Shown one piece after another: positions 27,362 to 36,917 of a stretch of 64,000 nucleotides of DNA. The stretch lies in assembly GCA_963661975.1 (NCBI GenBank), contig CAVLDN010000002.1, positions 69,674 through 133,673 of the forward strand. The letters are read 5' to 3'. The notes under the pieces are model-generated. The model worked only from the letters and a program-made list of their open reading frames with translations. It had not been told where the DNA came from and ran no database searches. The translations under genes and the position numbers were made by a program. The first letter of the stretch is position 1, and the number at the start of each line of letters is the position of its first letter. This DNA is from a bacterium (GTDB lineage Bacteria; Bacillota; Clostridia; Oscillospirales; CAG-382).

Positions 27362-28054
27362 TCAGTTTTCGCCGTGTACTTCGAACTTGTAGCCGACGCC
27401 CCAGATCGTTCTGAGAAGCCATGCGGTGGAAGCGCCTTTGAGCTTTTCGCGCAGACGCTTGATGTGAACATCGACCGTGCGGCTGTTGCCGAGATAATCA
27501 AAGCCCCAGACCTTGTCAAGAAGCTGATCTCTGGTGAAGACATGGTTGTAGTTGGAAGCGAGGAAATAGATGAGCTCGAGTTCCTTGGGAGGAATATCGA
27601 TTATCTCGCCATTGACGCGAAGCTCATATTTCTGAAGCGAAATTTCGAGATTGTCAAACTTGATAATCTCGCCGTCGGAGGTTTCGTGATTCGCATAGCG
27701 GCGGAGAACCGCCTTGATGCGGGCAGATACTTCCTTCATGTCGAGCGGCTTGACAATGTAATCGTCTGCGCCGAGCTCAAGACCGAGGACCTTGTCGAAG
27801 GTTTCGCCCTTTGCGGAGATAAGAATGATCGGCTTTGAGGAGTGATCGCGTATCTCGCGGCAGACCTGCAGACCGTCCTTCTTGGGCAGCATTACGTCGA
27901 GCAGGACAAGATCCGGCTCGTACATTTTGAAGGTGGTAAGACTCTCGTGCCCGTCGGCTGCGGTTTTCACTTCGTAACCTTCTTTTTCAAGATACATTTT
28001 CAGAAGATCGGTGATGTTGGGATCGTCATCGACAACAAGAATTTTAGTCGGCAT
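27362..28054 (-). CDS. OmpR/PhoB-family response regulator
   Basis: Receiver domain (ILVVDDD...LDVMLP) plus a C-terminal winged-helix (RTIWGVGYKF). Confidence 0.9.
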   Translation of the reverse strand: MPTKILVVDDDPNITDLLKMYLEKEGYEVKTAADGHESLTTFKMYEPDLVLLDVMLPKKDGLQVCREIRDHSSKPIILISAKGETFDKVLGLELGADDYIVKPLDMKEVSARIKAVLRRYANHETSDGEIIKFDNLEISLQKYELRVNGEIIDIPPKELELIYFLASNYNHVFTRDQLLDKVWGFDYLGNSRTVDVHIKRLREKLKGASTAWLLRTIWGVGYKFEVHGEN

Positions 28055-28326
28055 TTTTCAGTTCCTTTCGTTTGGGGCGGAAAAAACGATGCGTTTTTTG
28101 TCTTCACAATCTGATTTCAATTTCAGTATACAACTTTACCTTAAAAATACCATAAAAATTCGTCACTGTCAACGATTTTTTTACCGTGATGAAATTTTTG
28201 TTAAAATAACCGCCACACAAATGTTACGGGAAATTATATATTGCATAAGCGCCCGCCGCATGGTATAATTACATGATATATTATAAAAAAGGAAGTCGGG
28301 CGTTTTTGCCCGGCAGGGATAATTTT

Positions 28327-29421
28327 ATGAAATTAGGTATCGTAGGTTTGCCCAACGTGGGCAAAAGCACGCTTTTCAACGCGCTTACGAAGGCGGGTGC
28401 GGAAAGCGCGAATTATGCCTTCTGCACCATCGACCCGAATGTCGGTGTCGTTCCCGTTCCGGATGAACGGCTCGACCGCCTTGCGGAGCTTTACCACCCG
28501 AAGAAGGTCACCCATGCAACTGTCGAATTTGTGGATATCGCGGGGCTGGTAAAGGGCGCATCGCATGGTGAAGGGCTCGGAAACAAGTTCCTTTCGCACA
28601 TCCGCGAGGTCGATGCCATTGTCCATGTTGTTCGGTGCTTCGGCGGAAGCAAAATAATCCATGTGGAGGATTCCGTCGATCCGGCGCGCGATGTCGATAC
28701 GATCAACACCGAACTGATACTTTCGGATATGGAAATGCTCGAAAGGCAGATCGACAGGCTGACAAAGCAGGGCAAGGGCGATAAATCGGCACTTGCCGAT
28801 GCCGAAACACTGAAAAAGGTCTATGCCGAGCTTTCACGCGGGGTGCCCGCAAGGAATATCCCGCTTGAAAAGGATGAAGCGGCCGCTCTTGCGGCGGTGC
28901 CGTTGCTTTCCGGCAAGCCGGTCATATACTGCGCCAACATTGCGGAGGAAGAGCTTGCACGCCCGCTTGAAGAAAACCCGTATTATGTCGCATTGAGCAA
29001 GGCGATTGAGGGTGAAAACGCCGAAATTATCGCCGTTTGTGCCGAAACCGAAGCCGAGCTCGGCGAGCTTGACGAGGAGGAACAGAAAGCATACCTTGCC
29101 GATATCGGCGTTTCCGAAACCGGTCTTGCAAAGCTCATAAAGGCATCCTATTCGCTGCTCGGGCTTATTTCCTTCCTTACGGCGGGCGAGCCGGAGGTCC
29201 GCGCATGGACGATAAAGCGCGGCACGAAAGCCCCCGGCGCGGCGGGAAAGATACATACCGATTTCGAGCGCGGCTTCATCCGCGCGGAAGTCGTGCCCTA
29301 TGAGGCGCTTATCGAAAAGGGTTCGCTTGCCGCCTGCAAGGAGGCAGGGCTTGTCCGCAGTGAAGGCAAGGATTATGTCATGAACGACGGCGATGTCGTC
29401 CTCTTCCGCTTTAATGTCTGA
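28327..29421 (+). CDS. ychF: redox-regulated ribosome-binding ATPase YchF
   Basis: MKLGIVGLPNVGKSTLFNALT P-loop and a C-terminal TGS-like DGDVVLFRFNV. ORF trimmed to ATG 28327. Confidence 0.95.
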   Translation: MKLGIVGLPNVGKSTLFNALTKAGAESANYAFCTIDPNVGVVPVPDERLDRLAELYHPKKVTHATVEFVDIAGLVKGASHGEGLGNKFLSHIREVDAIVHVVRCFGGSKIIHVEDSVDPARDVDTINTELILSDMEMLERQIDRLTKQGKGDKSALADAETLKKVYAELSRGVPARNIPLEKDEAAALAAVPLLSGKPVIYCANIAEEELARPLEENPYYVALSKAIEGENAEIIAVCAETEAELGELDEEEQKAYLADIGVSETGLAKLIKASYSLLGLISFLTAGEPEVRAWTIKRGTKAPGAAGKIHTDFERGFIRAEVVPYEALIEKGSLAACKEAGLVRSEGKDYVMNDGDVVLFRFNV

Positions 29422-29467
29422 TCATACATAACTCCCGCTTGTAAAAAAAAACAAAGGAGCAAAAAAC

Positions 29468-32041
29468 ATGAAAAGGTGTCTTTCGTCAGTTCTCGCATTT
29501 CTGATGCTTCTGCCGCTCGCAATCATCGGCGTTTCCGCCGCCGCCGGCGTCGAAAGCACGACCGTAACCGGGTTCAACACGACCCGCACGGCAGACAGTG
29601 TGATCGTCTATACCGCCTCGGGCGAAAAGACGGGAACCAACCAATGGGGTATCGAAGCGATCGTCGGCAGCGACGGGCGCATAATATCCGTCGGCGGAAA
29701 CGACAATACCGTCCCGGAGGGCGGATTTGTCATCTCCGGTCACGGCGACGGCGCGGACTGGGTTCGTGCGCATTGCCGCGCGGGCCGTTATGCACGCGCG
29801 CTGGAAGGTGTCGAGATGCTCTTTGTGAGCGATGAACCCGTTTCGCCCTTTTATTCCTTTACTTTGAATGCGGACGGTGTCAACCGTACCCCGCTCGACG
29901 GAGAAATAACCGTTTTCAACGGCCGCTACGCCAGACCCTCCGCCGGCACCGTATACGGTATGCAGGAGGCGGCAGTTTCGGGTGACGGCATAATTGTGAA
30001 TATTTCCGATTACTGCAATGCAATACCCTCGAATGGCTTTATCATCAGCGGAAAAGGCGCCGGCGCGGAAGCGGTGCTCACGAAGCTCCGTGTCGGCATG
30101 AAGGCGAAATTCAATGCCGATGACAAAACCGTCAGCATCGTATACGATGCCGAAAGTATGCTTTACGCCGACAGCGATATCGCGGACAAAGCATATAAGT
30201 TAGCCGAAGCTTCCGAAACGGACTCGCGCGATATCGATTTTGCCGCCTGCACCGAGTTATACAACAAGATCACAACCGCTATTGATTCTGCCGAGGAGCT
30301 TATCAAGACCGGTACGGAAGCCGAATTTCTTTCCGTGCGTGAAAAGATCGTGGAGGATATCTCCCGTCTGCGCACGCTTGGCTGCGGCAGCGAGAGCAGC
30401 GAATACCGTGCCGTGTGGGTTCGCCCCTCACAGAAGACACGCGCCGCCGTTGCCGAATATGTGGAAAAGCTCTACAAGCTCGGCGCGAATGCCATAATGC
30501 TCGAAACACATTACGATACGGGCTATATCTTTGACCTGCCGGAGGGCAGCGTGTTCACTAAGAACGAGGAATTCGGCGGCTTTGATGTGCTTGCCGCATA
30601 TATCGAGGAATGTCACAAGCGCGGCATGGAGCTTCACGCCTGGATGACGGTATTCCACGACGGTTATTCCACCAACGAGAACGGGCTTTATAAGACCCGC
30701 CCGGAGCTGTTCCTGAAAAATCAGAACGGCAATGTGGTGCCGGATGCCCCCGGAGACTACAATGTTTTCCTTGATCCCTCCAACCCCGAAACGACAAGGC
30801 TCCTGCTCGAGCTTTTCGAATACTTTATCAAGAAATACGATGTCGATGCGCTTCAGCTCGACTACATACGCTATCCGGATTACGGGTACTATGACGATTG
30901 GGGCTATTTCAGCGCCGCCTACGATAAATTCACCGCAAAGCATGGCTTTGCACCGGAATTCGATCCGGATGCTGAATGGTGGGAGGATTGGTGCAATATC
31001 CGCGCCGGGTATGTGACCGATTTTGTCGGGCAGGTGCGCGAACTTGTCGACCGTGTGCGCCCCTCTCTGCTGCTTTCCGCAGATGCCGCGATGGACAGCT
31101 CCACCGCGCCCTACTGTATGTATCAGGATGTACTTACCTGGATCCGCAACGGATGGCTGGATATCGTTCACCCGATGACATACGGGCTCGGCGCTCCGGA
31201 AGCATATTGCGCACCGTACATCGAGGCTGCCGCCGGCAAATGCGCGGTGGTTCCCGGGATCGGCGCCTTTGAGGGCGAACTCGATTCCTACGAATGTTAT
31301 TCGCAGCTCTGGGCCGTGAATCATTTCGGCTGTTACGGCGCGGCGGTATTCGAGGGCAACGCCTTCACCGCCAAATTCCGCGAGGATTATATCCAAAACG
31401 GCACTTATAAAAAAGTCGCCCCCGCGCCCATGCTGTCGCGCACATCCGTGGCGAACGCCGCGACCGAGCTTGCGCGTGTTGCGGAAAAGGACGGCGGCGA
31501 AAGCGGCAAGGCACTTGCGGATGCCGCGCGGGAATATGCGCTCGGCTATATTCTCGGCAGGGATGAATATTCCGCCGTTTCGGCGGCAATGAACGGTATT
31601 TCCGCCAATGCCGCAAATATCCGCAGAGCCGCGGAACGGCTGGACAACGCACGCCGTCTCTGCCGCGCCGAAAGCACCGTTTCGGACGGGATACTCCGCG
31701 TGGATATCGGTACGGACGAGGCAGGCATTGCCGCGATGTTTGCCGGTGCGGACGTTACCATTGAAGGCAAAATCAAGACCGGCGCAAAGTTCGGCATTTC
31801 CTGCGGTGATGTGAGCACCGTGCTCACGCTTGCCGTTGTCGGCGATCTGAATTGCGACGGCGATATAAACGCAACAGACTATCTTTACCTCAAACGCTAT
31901 GTGCTCGGCACGGCAAGCCTTTCGCCCGCTGCGGCGGAGGCCGCGCGGATATCCGGTGCCGCGACTGCCGGCGCAACCGATTACCTTTACCTCAAACGCC
32001 ATGTGCTCGGCACGTTTGATATTACCACGCTGAACCGATAA
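29468..32041 (+). CDS. secreted GHL10-family (glycosyl hydrolase-like 10) protein with two N-terminal repeat modules and a C-terminal dockerin
   Basis: Signal peptide. EYRAVWVRPSQKT...LDYIRYPD matches the GHL10/DUF187-type TIM barrel. The C-terminus has GDLNCDGDINATDYLYLKRYVLG plus a second repeat. Confidence 0.8.
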   Translation: MKRCLSSVLAFLMLLPLAIIGVSAAAGVESTTVTGFNTTRTADSVIVYTASGEKTGTNQWGIEAIVGSDGRIISVGGNDNTVPEGGFVISGHGDGADWVRAHCRAGRYARALEGVEMLFVSDEPVSPFYSFTLNADGVNRTPLDGEITVFNGRYARPSAGTVYGMQEAAVSGDGIIVNISDYCNAIPSNGFIISGKGAGAEAVLTKLRVGMKAKFNADDKTVSIVYDAESMLYADSDIADKAYKLAEASETDSRDIDFAACTELYNKITTAIDSAEELIKTGTEAEFLSVREKIVEDISRLRTLGCGSESSEYRAVWVRPSQKTRAAVAEYVEKLYKLGANAIMLETHYDTGYIFDLPEGSVFTKNEEFGGFDVLAAYIEECHKRGMELHAWMTVFHDGYSTNENGLYKTRPELFLKNQNGNVVPDAPGDYNVFLDPSNPETTRLLLELFEYFIKKYDVDALQLDYIRYPDYGYYDDWGYFSAAYDKFTAKHGFAPEFDPDAEWWEDWCNIRAGYVTDFVGQVRELVDRVRPSLLLSADAAMDSSTAPYCMYQDVLTWIRNGWLDIVHPMTYGLGAPEAYCAPYIEAAAGKCAVVPGIGAFEGELDSYECYSQLWAVNHFGCYGAAVFEGNAFTAKFREDYIQNGTYKKVAPAPMLSRTSVANAATELARVAEKDGGESGKALADAAREYALGYILGRDEYSAVSAAMNGISANAANIRRAAERLDNARRLCRAESTVSDGILRVDIGTDEAGIAAMFAGADVTIEGKIKTGAKFGISCGDVSTVLTLAVVGDLNCDGDINATDYLYLKRYVLGTASLSPAAAEAARISGAATAGATDYLYLKRHVLGTFDITTLNR

Positions 32042-32062
32042 CGAAAAGAAAGGCAGACATTC

Positions 32063-34576
32063 ATGAAAAAAACTGCATTTGCGCTATGTTTTGTTATGCT
32101 GCTAAGCTGCATTGTGCCCGCATGTGTTCTCACCGCGGGCGCAAAGGTCGTTTCCATACAGGCGGATAAGAAGGATGCCGGCCGCGGAAGCGGCGAGCTT
32201 ATCGTATATACTCCGGCGCACGGAAAGACGACCGGCACCAACGAATGGGGCTATGAGGTCGCAGTTTCCGACGGGGTATGTACCGCTGTAGGAAATGGAA
32301 ACATGGCTATTCCCGAAAACGGATTTGTGCTTTCCGGCCACAACGAGGAGGAAGGCGGCAAACAGCCCGGCAAGTGGCTGGAAGAAAATATCAAGGTCGG
32401 AGATTATGTGGAAGTTGGTGAGGGACTTATGATAACCGTTTCGGACGAACCGATCAAAAAAAGCGAATTTTACACTCTGTCGCTTGATTTCCACGGCAAA
32501 AATACCACGCGTTATACCGACAATGTGATAATTTTCGACAAAGCCGGAACCAACACGGCAACAAACAACTGGGGCTACGAAGTGACCGTCACGGGCGGTA
32601 TCGTCACCGCGATGGGCGGGAACAACAGCCTTGTTCCCACCGCGGCGGGCAGCTTTGTCGTCAGCGGCCACGGCAAGAATGCCGATTGGCTCAAAGCTTA
32701 TATAAAGCTGGGTATGAAGGTCACCGTTTCGGATGCGGATGGCAAGGTGACATTCACATACGATGCGGAAGCAGCGCAGTATGAATACGAAACGCTCATT
32801 TCCGAGCTCGACGCACGCCTGACAAATGCAAAGGAACAGTTTCTGAATATTGATGTACAGGCGGTCGAAAAAGCGGTGAATGACATCGAATCGCGCTTTG
32901 CGGCGCTCAAAGCCGAGCTTGCCCGCGGCGGAGACGGCGAAAAATTTGCCTCCGAATGTGCAAAGTTCCGCGAAGATATCGCGATATGCGAACTTTCGCT
33001 TTCCGAAAGCCGCACGGTGGAATACCGTGGCGTGTGGATACGCCCCACGCAGAAGACGGCTGCCGAAGTCGACGAATATGTCGAAACGCTTTACAATAAC
33101 GGCATAAACATGCTCTGTATCGAAACGATATACGACTGCACCTTTATCATGCCGATGCCGAAGGGCAGCCTGTTTGTACAGAACCCGAAGTTCAACGGGT
33201 TTGATGTGCTTGCGGCTTACCTTGAATCCTGCCACAAGCGCGGGATGGAGCTTCATCTCTGGCTGCCGATATTCTATTGCGGCAACGAAAACAGCTCGAA
33301 CGCTTATCTCAGCGTCGGCAGAAGGAAGCCGGAATGGCTTTCGATTTCTAGTGACGGCTCCAAGGAAGCGACACAGGGCTTCATGATGCTCGACCCCTCC
33401 AACGAAGAGGTCTGCGAATTCCTGCTTTCCAATTATCGCTATATCCTCGAAAAGTATGATATTGACGGCTTCCAGCTCGATTATATCCGCTATTTCGAAA
33501 GCGGCGGAACCTATGACCTCGGCTACAACAAGGGCGCGCTCGATGCCTTTGAGGAAAAGTACGGCGTGCGCCCGAAATATGATAAGACCGCGTCTTATTG
33601 GAATGATTGGGTGCAGTTCCGCTGCGACAAGGTTACCGAATTTGTAATGCGCGTGCGCAAGCTTGTGGATGAGGTCCGCCCTGATGTGCTTCTCTCCGCC
33701 GATGTCGGGCCGGATCCGACCGTCGCGAAGAACGGCCTTTATCAGGATTATATCACCTGGCTCGAAAACGGCTGGCTCGATATGCTCTTCCCGATGGCGT
33801 ACGGCTACGGCTATACCGATGCCGTTGCAAAGCAGCTCGAAAAAGCCGACGGAAAGGCTTATGTTGTTGTCGGTATGGGCATATTCACAGAGGAGCTTGC
33901 CCCCGAGGATATGCAGTGTCAGACCGAGGATTACCGTGCGCTTGCTTCTTCCGGGGATGACGGCGAATGTTATTTCGAATCGAGCGCGTTTCTTTCCAAA
34001 AATACCGGCGAATATCTCGCAAACGGTGTTTTCTTCCGCAAGGCGATAACGCCGACATCGAATACGGTTGCCGCCGCAAAGGCGATACTCGATTACGGCA
34101 GAGAACGTATCGAAAATGTCATTCTGCCCGCGGGCGCGGTCGGCAGCGACAGCGCATCGGCAATCATCGGCGCAATATCCGCGCTTGCCGAAACCGTGAC
34201 GGAAAAGAGCTTTGATTCGACATCCTATGCCACGCTTTTGAAGCTTGTTACGGATTCGGATATGACCGATCTTGCGCGTGCCGCGGTAATGAAGGATATC
34301 GACCGCTTCACCAAGATATATACCGTCATGAATAAGGATATCGAGCTTCCCGAGCTTCCGGACACGCCCGATGTTCCTTCCGTGCCGGAGGAATCCTCGG
34401 AGCCGGTTGCGGCTTCGGAGCAGCCCGATGCGGATGCTTCCGCGGATGATGCTTCATCTTCGGGAAGCGGAACTCTGATAAAGGCGATATGCGCGATTGC
34501 TGCAGCAGCGGCAGTCTGCGCCGCCGCCGTTGTTCTTCTGCGCCGCAGAAAAAAGGACGGCAAAAATGAAAAATAA
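32063..34576 (+). CDS. GHL10-family paralogue with a C-terminal transmembrane anchor
   Basis: Same architecture (EYRGVWIRPTQKT...LDYIRYFE), but the C-terminus is a Pro/Glu/Asp/Ser linker plus TM IKAICAIAAAAAVCAAAVVLL and an RRRKK stop-transfer. Confidence 0.8.
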   Translation: MKKTAFALCFVMLLSCIVPACVLTAGAKVVSIQADKKDAGRGSGELIVYTPAHGKTTGTNEWGYEVAVSDGVCTAVGNGNMAIPENGFVLSGHNEEEGGKQPGKWLEENIKVGDYVEVGEGLMITVSDEPIKKSEFYTLSLDFHGKNTTRYTDNVIIFDKAGTNTATNNWGYEVTVTGGIVTAMGGNNSLVPTAAGSFVVSGHGKNADWLKAYIKLGMKVTVSDADGKVTFTYDAEAAQYEYETLISELDARLTNAKEQFLNIDVQAVEKAVNDIESRFAALKAELARGGDGEKFASECAKFREDIAICELSLSESRTVEYRGVWIRPTQKTAAEVDEYVETLYNNGINMLCIETIYDCTFIMPMPKGSLFVQNPKFNGFDVLAAYLESCHKRGMELHLWLPIFYCGNENSSNAYLSVGRRKPEWLSISSDGSKEATQGFMMLDPSNEEVCEFLLSNYRYILEKYDIDGFQLDYIRYFESGGTYDLGYNKGALDAFEEKYGVRPKYDKTASYWNDWVQFRCDKVTEFVMRVRKLVDEVRPDVLLSADVGPDPTVAKNGLYQDYITWLENGWLDMLFPMAYGYGYTDAVAKQLEKADGKAYVVVGMGIFTEELAPEDMQCQTEDYRALASSGDDGECYFESSAFLSKNTGEYLANGVFFRKAITPTSNTVAAAKAILDYGRERIENVILPAGAVGSDSASAIIGAISALAETVTEKSFDSTSYATLLKLVTDSDMTDLARAAVMKDIDRFTKIYTVMNKDIELPELPDTPDVPSVPEESSEPVAASEQPDADASADDASSSGSGTLIKAICAIAAAAAVCAAAVVLLRRRKKDGKNEK

Positions 34577-36899
34577 GCGTCCTGTTTCGCTTGCTCTTGT
34601 ACTTATCATGTTGATATCCGCGCTTTGCCTTCCGGCGGGCGCGGAAATAACCCCCGCGGTGTATAAGACCGAGTACAACGCGATCAACGAATACCGCGGC
34701 GAAAACAAGCTGATAATCTATACCTCCGAAAAGGGCGCGACGACCGGAACAAACGAATGGGGCTGTGAAGCCGTTGTGGAGGACGGAATCGTCATTTCCG
34801 TCGGCGGCAACGACAATGCCATACCGAGCGGAGGCTTTGTCGCAAGCGGCCACGGAAAAAAGAAGGACTGGATAAAAAACAATATCGTTGTCGGGATGCG
34901 TGCCTCGTATGATACCGCCGCAAAAACGGTGACATTCATTTGTGATGGCGGCACCTACAAGATTGCACTCGAACACGCACGCAACAACGCTTTGGCGGCG
35001 AAAACCGCGGCGGAGGAGTCGCTAGCCGTCGTTTCCGCGCAGGCAGCTCCCGCTCTGTCCGCCGCGGAGGCAAAATATTCTGCTCTTGCCCCCGCTTCGG
35101 ATAAAAATGTTTCCGAATACGAAGCGCTCACCGCGGAATACAAGCGCATAGCAACACTTTTCCGCGAGCAGAAAGCATCCGAATACCGCGGAGTGTGGAT
35201 TCGCCCCACGCAAAAGAGTGTGCGCGAGGTGGAGGAATATGTAAAGCAGTGCTTCGACAGCGGCATAAATATGATATCCGTCGAAACCTTTTACGATTGC
35301 ACCGTGATATATAATCCGCCCGCATGGAGCGAACTTTCCCAAAACCCGATCTTCGGCGGCTTTGATGTGCTGAAAGCCTATGTCGATGCCTGCCATAAAT
35401 ACGGCATGGAACTTCATGTGTGGATGCCGGTGTTCTATTCCGGCAGCTCCAACTCCAAAAACTTCAAAAAGAGTCTTGCCGGGCTCCATCCGGAATGGAT
35501 GACGGTTTCCAACAAAGGTCTGAACCTTTACGAGGGCGAAACGACCGGGATGACATACCTCAACCCCGCTTTGCCGGAGGTTTGTGATGCGCTTGCGAAA
35601 AACTATCGGTATATTCTCGAAAATTACGATATAGATGGCTTCCAGCTCGATTATATCCGCTATCGTGAAAGCTCCGGCGGGAACGATTTCGGTTACGATG
35701 CGGCAACGATAAGCGGCTTCAAAAAGGCATATCCTCAATATGCAAATTTCAAAATAACCTATAACACAAATGCTTCGTATTGGAAGGATTTTGTCGTGTA
35801 CCGCAGGTCGCTCATCACCTCGTTTGTGGCGCGTATGCGCGCTTTGGTCGATACCGTCGCTCCCGGGGTGCTTTTGACGGCGGATGTCGCGCCGGAGATA
35901 GATTTCGCGATGAACACGGTATATCTCGATGCCTTTGAATGGCTCAAAAGGGGTTATCTCGACTTGATTCACCCAATGGCATACGGCGATGGATATACCG
36001 CTTTGATGAAGCAATATGTCGAAGCCGCGGGCGACGGATGTGCCGTTGTACCGGGGCTTGGGATATTCTCCTCCGACCCGCAGACGATCATGCGCCAGAC
36101 ATACGAGATGGCGCAGGCAGGGTGTATGGGTGTCGTTCACTTCCAGGCGCAGCAGTATTTTTCCAAGGGCTGTCCGGAACTGTTCACCGATTCGATTTAT
36201 GCCACGCAATCGCTTCCGCCGATGCTCGATACCCGCGAAACTGCCGGTGCAAACTTAGTGCGGTTCGGGTTGCGGCTCGATAATGCACTTGCCGCGGGGA
36301 AGATCGAAAGCGAAGAAAAGAACACGCTCGAAGCGCTTGCACGCAGCGCGGAGGAAAGCCTTGATACGGCAGCCGCAGCAGAGGTGTGCAAAAAGTTTTA
36401 TGCGCTTGCAAACGGTGTTTCCGCCGTTGAGGACAGTACCGTAAGGGATGTCCTTGCGGGCGATGTGAAATCCGCGCTCACGGTAATGCTGCACGACCGC
36501 CGCACGGCGGATACGCTTGCCTCCGTTGCGAAGGTTGTTGTTGCCGGCGGCGAAAGCTGCGCCGTCGTTGCGCCGATCACGGCTGCCGAACTGGAAAAGC
36601 ATTTGTATGGCTCATCCGTTACGGTGTCCGGTACGGAGATTGAAGGAATCGTACCCACGGGTGCAGTTCTTTCAAACGGCAGTGCAAAATATACGGTCGT
36701 GCTGCTCGGCGATATCGACGGCAGCGGGAAGGTCGATTCTGTCGATTATCTTCTTCTGAAACGATATGTGCTCGGCACCGTAAGTCTTTCGCCCATGCAG
36801 CGGCTCGCAGCCGCCGTCACGGGAAGGGAAAAGATCGATTCCATCGACTATCTGCTTATGAAACGCCATGTTCTGGGCACATATAATATATACGCATAA
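34566..36899 (+). CDS. secreted GHL10-family paralogue with one N-terminal module and a C-terminal dockerin
   Basis: ATG 34566 overlaps the upstream gene end. Signal peptide, EYRGVWIRPTQKS...LDYIRYRE, and GDIDGSGKVDSVDYLLLKRYVLG plus a second repeat. Confidence 0.8.
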   Translation: MKNKRPVSLALVLIMLISALCLPAGAEITPAVYKTEYNAINEYRGENKLIIYTSEKGATTGTNEWGCEAVVEDGIVISVGGNDNAIPSGGFVASGHGKKKDWIKNNIVVGMRASYDTAAKTVTFICDGGTYKIALEHARNNALAAKTAAEESLAVVSAQAAPALSAAEAKYSALAPASDKNVSEYEALTAEYKRIATLFREQKASEYRGVWIRPTQKSVREVEEYVKQCFDSGINMISVETFYDCTVIYNPPAWSELSQNPIFGGFDVLKAYVDACHKYGMELHVWMPVFYSGSSNSKNFKKSLAGLHPEWMTVSNKGLNLYEGETTGMTYLNPALPEVCDALAKNYRYILENYDIDGFQLDYIRYRESSGGNDFGYDAATISGFKKAYPQYANFKITYNTNASYWKDFVVYRRSLITSFVARMRALVDTVAPGVLLTADVAPEIDFAMNTVYLDAFEWLKRGYLDLIHPMAYGDGYTALMKQYVEAAGDGCAVVPGLGIFSSDPQTIMRQTYEMAQAGCMGVVHFQAQQYFSKGCPELFTDSIYATQSLPPMLDTRETAGANLVRFGLRLDNALAAGKIESEEKNTLEALARSAEESLDTAAAAEVCKKFYALANGVSAVEDSTVRDVLAGDVKSALTVMLHDRRTADTLASVAKVVVAGGESCAVVAPITAAELEKHLYGSSVTVSGTEIEGIVPTGAVLSNGSAKYTVVLLGDIDGSGKVDSVDYLLLKRYVLGTVSLSPMQRLAAAVTGREKIDSIDYLLMKRHVLGTYNIYA

Positions 36900-36917
36900 A
36901 CCCGAAAGGAATTAAAA

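Noticed and set aside
30428-36209. Long minus-strand ORFs (30428..32002, 32102..33256, 35022..36209) inside the three GHL10 genes.
   Set aside because: Each is antisense to a gene with signal peptide, conserved paralogous motifs and an SD. Their translations show no paralogy to each other beyond what mirror-strand reading produces.
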